A DNA stretch of 64,000 nt from a virus (IMGVR_UViG_3300035454_000688:1-64000), one strand, 5' to 3'. Shown: positions 55,212-64,000, numbered from the stretch's first letter. Notes: a model not told the origin generated them from the letters alone. Made by a program: numbers and translations.

Positions 55212-55547
55212 TCATTTCACCTTTACGTAACTCATTGTGTCATAACCTGCGTAACCATCCGCCCACTGATTGCGAGCTTGTTCTTTGAAACCAATTGATT
55301 GCTCATTCTGCTTGAAGTACTGCTTAGCTGCAGTGCTGACAGAGTAGTCATCCTGAGCCTGGATCTCAAAATAATCTGATAGCCAAACTTTCTTGAACTG
55401 AACCTTATAGGTCTTGAGCTTCTTGACCTTCTTGATCGGATCCTTCGTATTGCCTTTGCGGTTGTTGATGATACGATTAAACTCTGCATCACCGCACTTG
55501 GCAAGAGGACCCCAGGATTCTGGGGATCGGTTTTTAACTTCTATCAT
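55212..55547 (-). CDS. hypothetical protein
   Basis: 111-aa ORF in coupled early operon. Confidence 0.6.
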   Translation of the reverse strand: MIEVKNRSPESWGPLAKCGDAEFNRIINNRKGNTKDPIKKVKKLKTYKVQFKKVWLSDYFEIQAQDDYSVSTAAKQYFKQNEQSIGFKEQARNQWADGYAGYDTMSYVKVK

Positions 55548-56182
55548 TAGTCTGGTCCCATAAAACGAGGTGTTCCATCAGGATAAAACGAGAGGTCATT
55601 CTCGCTTGGATTATCCCAGTCGATCTGTAGAGCATTGATAGCCTTTGCTATGTTCAACAACCCTACTGGACATACAGTATACCCCCGACGAGAGTATTTG
55701 GCAACACGTTCCATAGTCTTCAACGGGAAAAACAGCTCATTAACTACTAACCGCTTGGTAGCAATGTCCTGCCAAAAGCGTTCGTGGTGTGCGAACGTCA
55801 AGCCATCATATGCACCACAGTTAATAGTGAAATCGAATGTATTGAAGATCGCTTCTTGAGACTCGGGAGAGTAACGGGAAATCACCTGAATCTTTTTACC
55901 ATCAACCCAGAAGTTTGTGAAAAACGCATGCTCAAAGGTTTTTTTGGCTCCAGCTTCCTGCAGCTTCTCTTTCAGCTTCTCGGGTGTGGGCGAGAAGATA
56001 TCATAGTCGTTAATCTTATCTCCTGCGATTGCAGCCGTGATAGCACCACCCGCAATCCAATACTTGATTGGCTTGTCAGCGTTTTCCTGACCTTCCTTCT
56101 GCCCTAGTAGTTCATTGATCTCATCAATAATCTTATTGAGAGGAGCGAGCGCAGGAATCTTTTCAATAGTTTCAATCATCAT
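55547..56182 (-). CDS. nucleotidyltransferase (CCA-adding/polyA-polymerase head-like)
   Basis: WIAGGAI...INDYDIFS (GG..DxD), FDFTINCGA (DFT/IN motif), RVAKYSRRGY. Confidence 0.75.
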   Translation of the reverse strand: MMIETIEKIPALAPLNKIIDEINELLGQKEGQENADKPIKYWIAGGAITAAIAGDKINDYDIFSPTPEKLKEKLQEAGAKKTFEHAFFTNFWVDGKKIQVISRYSPESQEAIFNTFDFTINCGAYDGLTFAHHERFWQDIATKRLVVNELFFPLKTMERVAKYSRRGYTVCPVGLLNIAKAINALQIDWDNPSENDLSFYPDGTPRFMGPD

Positions 56183-56364
56183 GGATTCACTTTATAAGTT
56201 TTACGAAGATGGTCCCGGTCTTGCATTAGCATATTGATAATCGTTCCCATAGTATCATACTCTCGTTGATACTGTTCAGATTTCCGGAGCCGGTAAAACC
56301 CTCGAAAGAGTTCTCCGACTCCGTTTTCGATGATTTCTTCGATCTCATCTTCCGGTTCACGCAT
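56179..56364 (-). CDS. small hypothetical protein
   Basis: start refined to MREPEDE at 56364, overlapping the DUF932 gene end. Confidence 0.55.
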   Translation of the reverse strand: MREPEDEIEEIIENGVGELFRGFYRLRKSEQYQREYDTMGTIINMLMQDRDHLRKTYKVNP

Positions 56365-57322
56365 CCGCCATCTCCACTGCAAGCTCGAGAGCCTTGGTCT
56401 TGAGGTTCTTATTAGCACCATACCAAGCAGAAGTCAAGCGAGAATCGACCGAACGACCGATGATGTGATCAGTCATGTAGGTTACGGTGTTGAATGCCTG
56501 CCACCAGGTTCCTTCACCGAGCTCTGCACCAGGCTGCTCCATCAGAGCTTCCTCGAGTGCATATGTAGCCGACTTCGAAAGCTCCTTACGAGGATCTGCC
56601 TTCTGAGTCAGGACAGGGAAGATACGAGCGAAGTACTCGACGATCGACTCGTCATTGAAGCGCTTCTTCGAGAGATGTTCAGCCATCTCTTTGTACTGCT
56701 CGAGCTTGTGCTTAGCAACACCAAGAGTTTCCTTGACCAGGTCACCATCGAATTCACGACGGTGCGAAACCTTGACCATGTTCTTCGACTTGGTATTGAG
56801 TGAGAGAGTCAGAGTGTTGTTGCACACGACACGGATCGGAGTGAACCGAACGTCAATCGATGCACCATACTTATGTGGGTTAGTGAAGTGCAGATACGCA
56901 TCTACCTTATCACGTCCACCGAACAATTCGAACGAATCCTGAACCTTTGCAAGAGCCCAGACGATCGAACCGTCCTTGAGCGAACCTGCAGTCTCCATCG
57001 ACATATCGCCAGCAGCAACGAAGTCATTGAAGAACTCGAATGCATCTTGGTTCTGCATAGGCTTCCAGTCGTCTGTGATCACGTCGAGAACGCGATTGTC
57101 AGAGCTACGAACGAGAGCAGAGTGACCAGTCTCGATCTGTGTGCCATTTGCAAGAGTAGCAATAGCAGGGATTGCTTCCACTGACCAATCAAGACCAGCA
57201 GCCTGGAGCATCTGCTCCGGAGTCAGGTCATTCGAGACCTGAACACCAAGGCCATGCCAAGGCACATCGCCTGCATAAGCCATCGAAGCCTGACCGTTAA
57301 CCATTTCCAATTCATGTGCCAT
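56357..57322 (-). CDS. DUF932/DUF945-family phage protein
   Basis: MAY..DVPWHGLG, AGLDWSV, ETAGSLKDG..VWALAK, TPIRVVCNNTL, GTWWQAFNTVT. Confidence 0.85.
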   Translation of the reverse strand: MAHELEMVNGQASMAYAGDVPWHGLGVQVSNDLTPEQMLQAAGLDWSVEAIPAIATLANGTQIETGHSALVRSSDNRVLDVITDDWKPMQNQDAFEFFNDFVAAGDMSMETAGSLKDGSIVWALAKVQDSFELFGGRDKVDAYLHFTNPHKYGASIDVRFTPIRVVCNNTLTLSLNTKSKNMVKVSHRREFDGDLVKETLGVAKHKLEQYKEMAEHLSKKRFNDESIVEYFARIFPVLTQKADPRKELSKSATYALEEALMEQPGAELGEGTWWQAFNTVTYMTDHIIGRSVDSRLTSAWYGANKNLKTKALELAVEMADA

Positions 57323-57356
57323 AATATAACTTTCCTTTTCGCTTTTCAATATAACC

Positions 57357-57388
57357 CTTATCGGGCATTTTCATAATAATGTCAACAG
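57357..57388 (-). promoter_or_regulatory. early promoter family copy 2
   Basis: CTG-TTGACA-17-GATAAG, spacer TTATTATGAAAA. Confidence 0.75.
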
Positions 57389-57394
57389 TTATTT

Positions 57395-57616
57395 TCAAAC
57401 TGTTTCCGAGCCAAAGTCAGCAATCAGCTGCTCTACAGCAATCTCGATGATCTTCTCAAAGTCATCATCAGGATGAAAACCAGTATCGATCGACACATCA
57501 TTGTAGAGGTCGCAACAATCATCTTGTGCATCTCGGCCATGCTGACCATTCATGCACTCGTAGAAGTATTCATATGGATCCTGATGATCCGCGATGTATT
57601 CAAATAAACTAGCCAT
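57395..57616 (-). CDS. acidic hypothetical early protein
   Basis: start refined to ATG 57616 after AAAAGGAA. Confidence 0.6.
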   Translation of the reverse strand: MASLFEYIADHQDPYEYFYECMNGQHGRDAQDDCCDLYNDVSIDTGFHPDDDFEKIIEIAVEQLIADFGSETV

Positions 57617-57641
57617 AATCAATTCCTTTTCTTTATATACC

Positions 57642-57673
57642 CTTATCCCTCTTTTTCACAAAAAGGTCAACAG
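57642..57673 (-). promoter_or_regulatory. early promoter family copy 3
   Basis: CTG-TTGACC-17-GATAAG, spacer TTTTTGTGAAAAA. Confidence 0.75.
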
Positions 57674-57900
57674 AATTCATCCTCGGGCATAACATAATCA
57701 TCCTTAACCATCAGGTCGTGAACATACTGAGCATGCTTGCACTTACCACGGATCTGACCAGCAGAGCAGTTACAGGTGAAACCGTAGTCGGTCATCGTGA
57801 CCTTGTACACCTCACCAGTACGAGCTGAAGTGATCGGCCAGACCTGATCGACCAAATGATGGCCTCTGAAGTTCATATCAGAGAAAGTCTGTGTGCGCAT
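57667..57900 (-). CDS. SWIM zinc-finger protein
   Basis: FTCNCSAGQIRGKCKHA (CxC...CKH). Confidence 0.75.
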   Translation of the reverse strand: MRTQTFSDMNFRGHHLVDQVWPITSARTGEVYKVTMTDYGFTCNCSAGQIRGKCKHAQYVHDLMVKDDYVMPEDEFC

Positions 57901-58049
57901 CAGTTATGCTCCTCATTGATAAGGCTGATTATACCAACCATAAAGATCGAAAGACCAACTAAGCCCTGGAATGCAAACCGAAGCATACTTGCGTCCTCAG
58001 GAACGCACATTACGATCAAACCGATGAACACTGCAGCATACTTAAACAT
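57900..58049 (-). CDS. small hydrophobic protein (49 aa, below cutoff)
   Basis: MFKYAAVFIGLIVMCVPED...IISLINEEHN after promoter and AAAAGGAA; stop overlaps the SWIM start. Confidence 0.55.
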   Translation of the reverse strand: MFKYAAVFIGLIVMCVPEDASMLRFAFQGLVGLSIFMVGIISLINEEHN

Positions 58050-58078
58050 TCTGTATTCCTTTTCAAACCTTATATACC

Positions 58079-58110
58079 CTTATCCCTTTATTTTCATAAA
58101 AAGACAACAG
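58079..58110 (-). promoter_or_regulatory. early promoter family copy 4
   Basis: CTG-TTGTCT-17-GATAAG, spacer TTTTATGAAAA. Confidence 0.7.
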
Positions 58111-58117
58111 AGAAATG

Positions 58118-58148
58118 AAAAAAAAGAGGCCGAAGCCCCTTCTTTTTT
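58118..58148 (-). terminator. intrinsic terminator with C(UUCG)G loop
   Basis: GGGGC-TTCG-GCCTC followed by T8 on minus. Confidence 0.8.
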
Positions 58149-58166
58149 CTACAATGTTTTCAACGG

Positions 58167-58709
58167 CTACCACTCAGTGGAGAAAAAGAACGTTTGAATC
58201 AGCCTACCATCAATGAAGTTGGATCCAAAGTAATCCACGGAAGCATGAAACAGATCCCCTCTGTAGAGTATGAGGCGGTTGTATACGTTACCAACCTGAT
58301 CAGTCACATCCCACTTTGTGTAGTCATATGATTCATATGACTCACCTTGATCAGTGGTGTGCCCTGTTTCTTTGTGCCTATACAGCGCTGTGCCGCCCGA
58401 GAGAGGTGCATCTGGTGTCAGATACAAGACGCCTGCCCAGCTGTTATTCACATCGGCGTGAATCCACGTTCTATCATCTGCTGTGCACATCTGGAAGCAG
58501 CCACTGTATTGCTCACCCCAGTCGACAATCTTACCAGCAAAGGGCATGACTATCTCTTGAATCCCCTTCATAGTATCTTCATTGAGGAACGATTCCGTTC
58601 TCGATCCGGGATAGTTTCCTTTGACAGAGAAGTCTTGCCAGAGAGCAAACTCTCTCACATCATCGGGATTGTTATAGAAGTCGTCGATAGTTAGAAGATT
58701 AACGCGCAT
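58167..58709 (-). CDS. DUF6445-like 2OG-Fe(II) oxygenase
   Basis: IDDFYNNPDDVR, NYPGSR, WIHAD...WAGVLYL, YNRLILYRGDLFH, RLIQTFF; start refined to 58709. Confidence 0.78.
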   Translation of the reverse strand: MRVNLLTIDDFYNNPDDVREFALWQDFSVKGNYPGSRTESFLNEDTMKGIQEIVMPFAGKIVDWGEQYSGCFQMCTADDRTWIHADVNNSWAGVLYLTPDAPLSGGTALYRHKETGHTTDQGESYESYDYTKWDVTDQVGNVYNRLILYRGDLFHASVDYFGSNFIDGRLIQTFFFSTEW

Positions 58710-59355
58710 GGAATTCCTGACACATTTTAGTTGCTTTCTCAATCCAGTTAGAGGCATGCTCTTCGAAGATCTGAGGACCACTATCTTCTTCGAGAGCGAT
58801 CGCTATAACCAGCTTAGGGTGATACAGACCTGTCATCTCGTAGAGCATGTAGGAGTACATTGTAGCCTGTAGGAAGTAGTTTTCGATCCACTCCTTACGC
58901 TTAGGCTTTGTCGATGTCTTAAAGTCGATGATAGCAGGCTCGCCTTTGTAGGATGCGATAAGGTCGACAGACCCCGCAATCTTGAGCTTGTGAGAGAACA
59001 GCTGTCCTTCTGACGAACGAACGTTGTCGACATTCTGTTGGAGATGCTTTGCAATCTGATTGTACATTGTACGATTCAGAGGCATCGTATCAGAGAAGTC
59101 GATCTCTTCATTGAGGACGAACTTCTCTAGAAGACTATGAACGGCAGTTCCTCTGCGCGTTGCTCTACCAGACACTCGGTTGGCTTCTTCCTCGCCTACA
59201 CGCTTGCGCCATGCTATAATAGCAGTCTTATCTGACATCTCAGATAACACCGTAGTCACAGACGGATACTTGTTGCCATCCGGTGTCTGGTAGAAACGCT
59301 GTTCGCCATCGATGCGAACGAGCTGGGGTAATTCAATTAGATCATTTATAAACAT
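58699..59355 (-). CDS. PD-(D/E)xK exonuclease
   Basis: YPSVTTVL, RGTAVHSLLE, AGSVDLI...IIDFKTS, YFLQATMY; start refined to 59355. Confidence 0.85.
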   Translation of the reverse strand: MFINDLIELPQLVRIDGEQRFYQTPDGNKYPSVTTVLSEMSDKTAIIAWRKRVGEEEANRVSGRATRRGTAVHSLLEKFVLNEEIDFSDTMPLNRTMYNQIAKHLQQNVDNVRSSEGQLFSHKLKIAGSVDLIASYKGEPAIIDFKTSTKPKRKEWIENYFLQATMYSYMLYEMTGLYHPKLVIAIALEEDSGPQIFEEHASNWIEKATKMCQEFHAR

Positions 59356-59361
59356 AATACC

Positions 59362-59392
59362 CTTATACACGCTTTTCACAAAAAGTCAACAG
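59362..59392 (-). promoter_or_regulatory. early promoter family copy 5 (leaderless start)
   Basis: CTG-TTGACT-16-TATAAG, 6 nt before ATG 59355. Confidence 0.7.
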
Positions 59393-60154
59393 TTAAATTA
59401 CATCGATCCCAAGTTTTTCTCGGGTGATGATGTATTCTTTGACCAGGGACGATCTGACGATGTCCTCGGGCTTGAAGTCGACGAAGTGGAATGATGGCAT
59501 CCGTTCAATGATTCTCATGAACTTCTTGACACCTGTCTCTTCCTTGTAGCGCTCTGATGAGAGGTCATCCTGTCTGAAGTCTCCACAGAAGATGAACCTA
59601 CAATTCTCACCAGCTCTCGTGATGATTGAGTGTAGCTCCATGTCCGACATATTCTGACACTCGTCTACAATTACAATGCAGTCAGAAAGTGTGATGCCTC
59701 TGATGAACGAGGTCGAGACGAACTCAACGATGTTCTTCTGCTTGAGGATCTCATAGGCATCCCCTCTGTCGTACAGCTCTGTTGAGATGGCGTAGTAGGG
59801 TGACTCATAGACCTTCATCTTATCCTTATGGCTACCAGGCAAGAAACCCATGTCTCTGGTAGGCACAACAGAACGGACTACGTATACTTTATTCTGATTA
59901 GATTGTTGATTGTGGAGGTTGTTGAGGGCAAGATAGAAGGCGATGAATGTCTTGCCTGTCCCCGCCGTACCATGCAGGAACAAATGTTTGTCATCATAAA
60001 AAGCATCGAACACCCTTTGTTGATTATCCGTCATCGGCTTAATACGTTTAATGTTAAACGCGGGTGCGGCTTGTAGAGAACTGGCTCCCTGCTGTCTTAG
60101 TATTCGCTTTTCACGCTTTGTGAGTCGTGGTACTGGATCTGCGATTTCTAGCAT
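59393..60154 (-). CDS. phoH: PhoH-like ATPase
   Basis: HGTAGTGKTF, GFLPG, SFIRGITL, IVDECQN, GDFRQDDL, IVRSSLVKEY. Confidence 0.92.
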   Translation of the reverse strand: MLEIADPVPRLTKREKRILRQQGASSLQAAPAFNIKRIKPMTDNQQRVFDAFYDDKHLFLHGTAGTGKTFIAFYLALNNLHNQQSNQNKVYVVRSVVPTRDMGFLPGSHKDKMKVYESPYYAISTELYDRGDAYEILKQKNIVEFVSTSFIRGITLSDCIVIVDECQNMSDMELHSIITRAGENCRFIFCGDFRQDDLSSERYKEETGVKKFMRIIERMPSFHFVDFKPEDIVRSSLVKEYIITREKLGIDVI

Positions 60155-60202
60155 AGTTGCTCTTCTTCGTTTGAGTGAATCACCGGAGCATAACTAAGGG
60201 GG

Positions 60203-60508
60203 TTATTTTCTAAGCTGTCTCTCCTGTTGGCGAACAACAGCTTCGCGAGTTTTGGTTGCCTTGATTCCTTTGTCCCCATACTTGTCTGCAAGTGGAGATG
60301 TGGGGTTGGCTTTGGCGATGCGCGACATCATGTCGGTGAAACCTGAGTCGTTCTTATGCGTAACGCCTGCGATGCCAGATATAATAGCAGGCGCTGTGAT
60401 CACTTGCTCAATGTCAGGATCCATGAGTCTTTCTTCACGGCCGGAGAAGGAAAGAAACTCTTCCCATTCTTCGCCCGTGCTTTTGTTTCGAAATTCATAG
60501 ATTGGCAT
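60203..60508 (-). CDS. FmdB-like putative regulatory protein lacking Zn cysteines
   Basis: MPIYEFRNKSTGE N-terminus. Confidence 0.6.
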   Translation of the reverse strand: MPIYEFRNKSTGEEWEEFLSFSGREERLMDPDIEQVITAPAIISGIAGVTHKNDSGFTDMMSRIAKANPTSPLADKYGDKGIKATKTREAVVRQQERQLRK

Positions 60509-60666
60509 TAGGAGTATTCATCCTCTAGGTCAGACAGCCATGATGCATCTCGTTGCTTCAAAGCTGACTGAATTTTCTTTTCGCTGATCTTTTCAAAGCG
60601 CTCAGAGCGCTGCCTGTAAGAATCATCGTACTCGTTGTATTCTTTAAACTTCTTGAACTTCTTCAT
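60508..60666 (-). CDS. small charged hypothetical protein (52 aa)
   Basis: MKKFKKFKEYNEYDDSYRQR...; stop overlaps the downstream start. Confidence 0.5.
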   Translation of the reverse strand: MKKFKKFKEYNEYDDSYRQRSERFEKISEKKIQSALKQRDASWLSDLEDEYS

Positions 60667-61078
60667 CGTCAACTAGTCCTGGAAATGCCTTGGCGATTAC
60701 CGATTTAGTCAGCCCCTTGTAGGGCAGCTTCTTCTCTTTCATTGCGATCAGGATCTTTGCATCTTCTGGATGTACAGACTCTAGCATCTCAACGAAAAGA
60801 GTTTCACGTCTAAGGTTGGTCAATGGAGGACCACCTTCGCAGAACAAATACAAACGCTTTGTCTCTCCATAGAGGAAGTTCTCTGCGTTTACTGGATCGC
60901 AGGGCTTGTATGGAGGCTCACCAGGTGGGAGGTTCCATTTGACACCATCATAGAAGGCACCTGCCAAGATAGTCTTGAGAACGTTGTTGTCCTCGTGCTG
61001 TCTTAGACTGTCGATCTTCTCCTGCTCAGTCTTCTTCTCAGAAGCCTCTTGGAGGATTTCAAAAATAGCTTTTTGCAT
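60644..61078 (-). CDS. conserved T4-like hypothetical protein
   Basis: WNLPPGEPPYKP, RRETLFVEMLESVHPEDAKILIAMKEKKL. Confidence 0.7.
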   Translation of the reverse strand: MQKAIFEILQEASEKKTEQEKIDSLRQHEDNNVLKTILAGAFYDGVKWNLPPGEPPYKPCDPVNAENFLYGETKRLYLFCEGGPPLTNLRRETLFVEMLESVHPEDAKILIAMKEKKLPYKGLTKSVIAKAFPGLVDDEEVQEV

Positions 61079-61923
61079 TAAAAGTCACCTATCGATTCAA
61101 ATAAATTCTTCAGCTTATGCTCAATGAAGTAGTTGAACAGCTTCGAGCGATCCTTACCGCTTTGCTCTTCGTACTGCCTGATTGTCTCGTGGCGGATTGC
61201 CTCTGGTGTGAATGAGAGGTCCACAAGTTGCTCATTGCGCTTCCAGTTACGCAGCATTGTATCATCACAATAGTCCGTAGGATCCATTGTAATCCACTCG
61301 TTGAGCTTCTGATTGCGGATTGGCTTCTGGCGACTACCTACAACAAAGGTATCGTCCTTGGAAAGGAAGTTAGGAACGCCGTCACCCATATCACCCTTGA
61401 TGATATGTTCTTTTACGAACTGCGAAGGGTTGTTATGCGTAAGGAAACGCTTCCGTACAGGGTCGTACTGCTTTACGTTCATATAGTTCTGCAGTTGCAC
61501 AAAGTCTTTGTCACCCGAGATAATGAGGATCGGAGCCCCATGGAAATGTTGAACGAGCGAACCAATGATGTCATCCGCCTCCGCACGTTCCACTTGGATA
61601 ACGCGGTAAGGGAAGTACTCCTTGAGTTCGTTCCTAACCTTATTTAGCGAATCAAACACCGCTGACCAGTCTAAATCAGAGCTATCCCTCGCTTTTTTTC
61701 TGTTCGCCTTGTAGTAGGGAAACACTTCCTTACGCCACGAACGAGGAGAGTCGCAAGCAATAACAAGCTCACCAAACTCTTGTGAGTGCTTCTTGTTAAT
61801 GTTGCGAATCGAGTTAAGCACCATGTGACGAAAGAGACTCTCGTCGACAGCGATGTTGGTATGGGATCCAATCTGAGCCATGTAGTTGGATATCATTACC
61901 TGGTTAAGGTCCACTATGATCAT
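61078..61923 (-). CDS. rnh: RNase H (T4 rnh, 5'-3' exonuclease)
   Basis: IIVDLNQ, LVIACDS..SWRKEVFPYYKANRK, EADDIIG, SGDKDFVQL, KGDMGDGVPN. Confidence 0.92.
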   Translation of the reverse strand: MIIVDLNQVMISNYMAQIGSHTNIAVDESLFRHMVLNSIRNINKKHSQEFGELVIACDSPRSWRKEVFPYYKANRKKARDSSDLDWSAVFDSLNKVRNELKEYFPYRVIQVERAEADDIIGSLVQHFHGAPILIISGDKDFVQLQNYMNVKQYDPVRKRFLTHNNPSQFVKEHIIKGDMGDGVPNFLSKDDTFVVGSRQKPIRNQKLNEWITMDPTDYCDDTMLRNWKRNEQLVDLSFTPEAIRHETIRQYEEQSGKDRSKLFNYFIEHKLKNLFESIGDF

Positions 61924-61929
61924 AATATT

Positions 61930-62298
61930 TTAAGAATTATCTTCTTCCTCTGTTTCGAAGTGTGTAGGCACTTTGTAGGTATACGAGAAGCCATCTTCGG
62001 TATGTTCAAACACTATCATGTGCTCTACCATACTATGGAAAGGATGATATAAAGTCAACGCTTTATATGCAGCTGCACGTATCGATTCGCAGATTAATGC
62101 ATTACACATATGCACTTCATCTCCGGTGATGTCGATTCCCTCTTTTGCGAGGGCCTCGAACAGTGCCATCATCCCCTCTGCGATAGCATGGTCTGCTAGC
62201 TCCGCACGTACGAGACTTACGTTCTCTTTGACCTCCTCAATCGATTGAGGTGGGGCATACCTGTGCGCTTTGGGAAATTGTATTACGTTATCCGTCAT
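61930..62298 (-). CDS. hypothetical protein
   Basis: MTDNVIQFP start; coupled to upstream gene. Confidence 0.65.
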   Translation of the reverse strand: MTDNVIQFPKAHRYAPPQSIEEVKENVSLVRAELADHAIAEGMMALFEALAKEGIDITGDEVHMCNALICESIRAAAYKALTLYHPFHSMVEHMIVFEHTEDGFSYTYKVPTHFETEEEDNS

Positions 62299-62996
62299 AC
62301 CTGGAAAGTTTTCAAAAGAAGAGTCTCCGTATTGATCCTGCCACTCGGGACCGAGGTCTTGGCTTTGATCTTATTGAACTCTGACCACAGAGTGGTCGTT
62401 GATGCACTGAGAAGTTTCTCGAGCTGCTTCTTCGGATCGCGTAGAGTCTTTTGTACAGACTTCTGTGGGTTGTATTGAGTAATAGAAGACCTAGATACAC
62501 CTAGTGTGAAGGGAACGGTGTCTAGAGCCTGGAAGATAGTGAACTTCCTTGTCTTTGTGTTGTATGTGCAGAGAGTCTGTGACCTTGGGATCTGCACAGC
62601 TTCTATACTGACGAGATCGAGCTCTGGGAACTCTTTCATGTAGTTGAGCTTTGCAACGATCTGTTCAACAGGCTTCTCCCTAGGAACACGAGTTTGTTTC
62701 TTCACCTTCTGCTTAGTATTTAGATACCGTTGGCAGTCGTCAATGACCATCTCGAGAAATAATTTCTCACGTTCATGCTCAGAGTCTTTGATCTTTGCAT
62801 AGAAGGCATGCAGCTTCTGAACACTAAACGCGCTCGCCTTACGCTCTTTGAGGACAGCCATAGGAGAAAACTTGGCCCGCTTGTTGGAGATAAAGATATC
62901 AAGATTGTACTCGAACAGAGTGATAAGGTCTGAAGCCTTGCGCTCTGCGTAGTATTGAATCGACCGCTTGGGTTTAGTTTCTTCTAATGGCTGCAT
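62295..62996 (-). CDS. conserved hypothetical protein
   Basis: start refined to MQPLEE (62996) behind promoter and AGAGGA; YNTKTRK...KTLRDP motif. Confidence 0.65.
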   Translation of the reverse strand: MQPLEETKPKRSIQYYAERKASDLITLFEYNLDIFISNKRAKFSPMAVLKERKASAFSVQKLHAFYAKIKDSEHEREKLFLEMVIDDCQRYLNTKQKVKKQTRVPREKPVEQIVAKLNYMKEFPELDLVSIEAVQIPRSQTLCTYNTKTRKFTIFQALDTVPFTLGVSRSSITQYNPQKSVQKTLRDPKKQLEKLLSASTTTLWSEFNKIKAKTSVPSGRINTETLLLKTFQV

Positions 62997-63020
62997 AGTT
63001 TCCTCTTTAATGTATAATCC

Positions 63021-63049
63021 CTTATACATCTTTTTGACAAAAAGGTCAA
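63021..63049 (-). promoter_or_regulatory. early promoter family copy 6
   Basis: TTGACC-17-TATAAG, spacer TTTTTGTCAAAAA. Confidence 0.75.
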
Positions 63050-64000
63050 CCCACTTTATATGAGAACATCGGACCTTCGTCCTTCGGAAGCTCCCGTGGT
63101 TCATTCAGCAACGACCTCAGTAGGGCTTCCCATTGCTGCTTGCGGATGTCCCAGTTGTAGAACACATCTGCATAACTCTTTTGTGAAGCAATGCGTGATT
63201 GGATAGCATCGTTGTCGATATACTCAATCGCGTCTTCAAGATACTTATAGAAGTACGCGGCGTGCTCGTTAGGTTCCTCAAGGAACTGATACATTGAGGT
63301 CCAGTTAGCGGCCGTCTCATATAGAGCACCAAGGTTCGGGTGAACACAAAGCATACCCGCAGACATCGCTTCCTGCAGAACGAGACACGAAGTCTCTACC
63401 CATGTCGATGGGTATGCAAGAATGTGATTCTTCTTAAGTTCTTCGCGAAGCTCGTCGTTTGGCAGCGTTCCAAAGTAATTGATCTTTGGATGAGCCTCAC
63501 ATGCCTCAAACAAGGGCTTGAACGGCTCATCCCGCTCTGCCCAGCCATAGAGGTTGAACGACGAGTAAACATTCAGCTCGATGTTGTCAAACTTCTCACA
63601 GAGCTTCTGGAACACAGGAACCAGAATATTCAGTCCACGGTGGGGCGTCGACCAATAGGCAAGGGAGATCTTGTCCTTCGGCTTCTCGTGAGGCTCGATA
63701 GGTGTGATAGCATTATGCATGACAACACACTTAGAGTATGGAATGTCATACTTTGCGATGTATGCCTGCATCTGCCAGTTAGATACGAACACAAGGCGAT
63801 GAAACTTCTTCCATCCACCATCTGCCAGGTGAGCAGACTCGGGATCATCGGGAAGGTCATGGAGCCAAAGGATCCTTACCTTAGTCTCATCAAGGTCTCG
63901 AACCCTCGAACGGATGATCTGGAAGTTGGAAAGGAGGTCTGGGTCGATAGACGACTCCAGACGTGCTCCCATCAATTCGGTTCCGCCCATTGCTTTGGCG
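63046..64000 (-). CDS. GT4-like glycosyltransferase (5' end probably beyond window)
   Basis: GGTEL, LWLHDLP, YWSTPHRGL, ETSCLVLQEAMSAG; frame stays open to the window edge. Confidence 0.82.
   Translation of the reverse strand, partial: AKAMGGTELMGARLESSIDPDLLSNFQIIRSRVRDLDETKVRILWLHDLPDDPESAHLADGGWKKFHRLVFVSNWQMQAYIAKYDIPYSKCVVMHNAITPIEPHEKPKDKISLAYWSTPHRGLNILVPVFQKLCEKFDNIELNVYSSFNLYGWAERDEPFKPLFEACEAHPKINYFGTLPNDELREELKKNHILAYPSTWVETSCLVLQEAMSAGMLCVHPNLGALYETAANWTSMYQFLEEPNEHAAYFYKYLEDAIEYIDNDAIQSRIASQKSYADVFYNWDIRKQQWEALLRSLLNEPRELPKDEGPMFSYKVG

Noticed and set aside
58710-63104. Longer ORF-track starts (58781, 59379, 63104; likewise 1728, 4943, 42544, 54152, 57349)
   Set aside because: The extensions run through promoters or upstream genes; downstream ATGs fit the ribosome sites, promoters or family N-termini better
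1-64000. Prophage in a host chromosome
   Set aside because: No integrase, repressor or host housekeeping genes; gene content is that of a lytic T4-like phage throughout

Overview
This is a 64-kb segment of a large T4-like myovirus genome; no host genes are evident. From left to right it holds: neck genes (gp14 partial, gp13); a cassette of modifying enzymes (two 2OG-Fe(II) oxygenases, a sulfotransferase-like protein, a GNAT, a PRMT-like methyltransferase and an NDP-forming acyl-CoA synthetase alpha-like protein), most of it co-oriented directly downstream of a 1729-aa collagen-repeat tail fibre; two divergently transcribed glycosyltransferase fusions; more fibre genes; baseplate and hub genes (DUF4815-like, gp8, gp7, gp6, gp25, gp5, hub, gp53, gp48, gp4, gp2, gp54, gp26); a tape-measure-like protein; a GH19+M15 hub lysin; gp32, gp33 and a SleB-like hydrolase; then DNA ligase and early or accessory genes (nuclease, small membrane proteins, nucleotidyltransferase, DUF932, exonuclease, PhoH, RNase H, GT4). 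The main signals missed by the ORF track are four. (1) A complete circularly permuted two-piece tmRNA gene with tag ANDNNAYEGLALAA, which points to an alphaproteobacterial host. (2) A T-TTT-TTT slippery site at the end of gp26 that would fuse it by -1 frameshift to a start-less gp51-like frame just upstream of the tape-measure-like gene, a lambda G/GT-type arrangement in a T4-like phage. (3) A structured ~250-nt RNA leader upstream of the hydrolase. (4) A family of near-identical early promoters and several apparently leaderless genes. All family assignments come from motif recognition by eye; no database searches were run.
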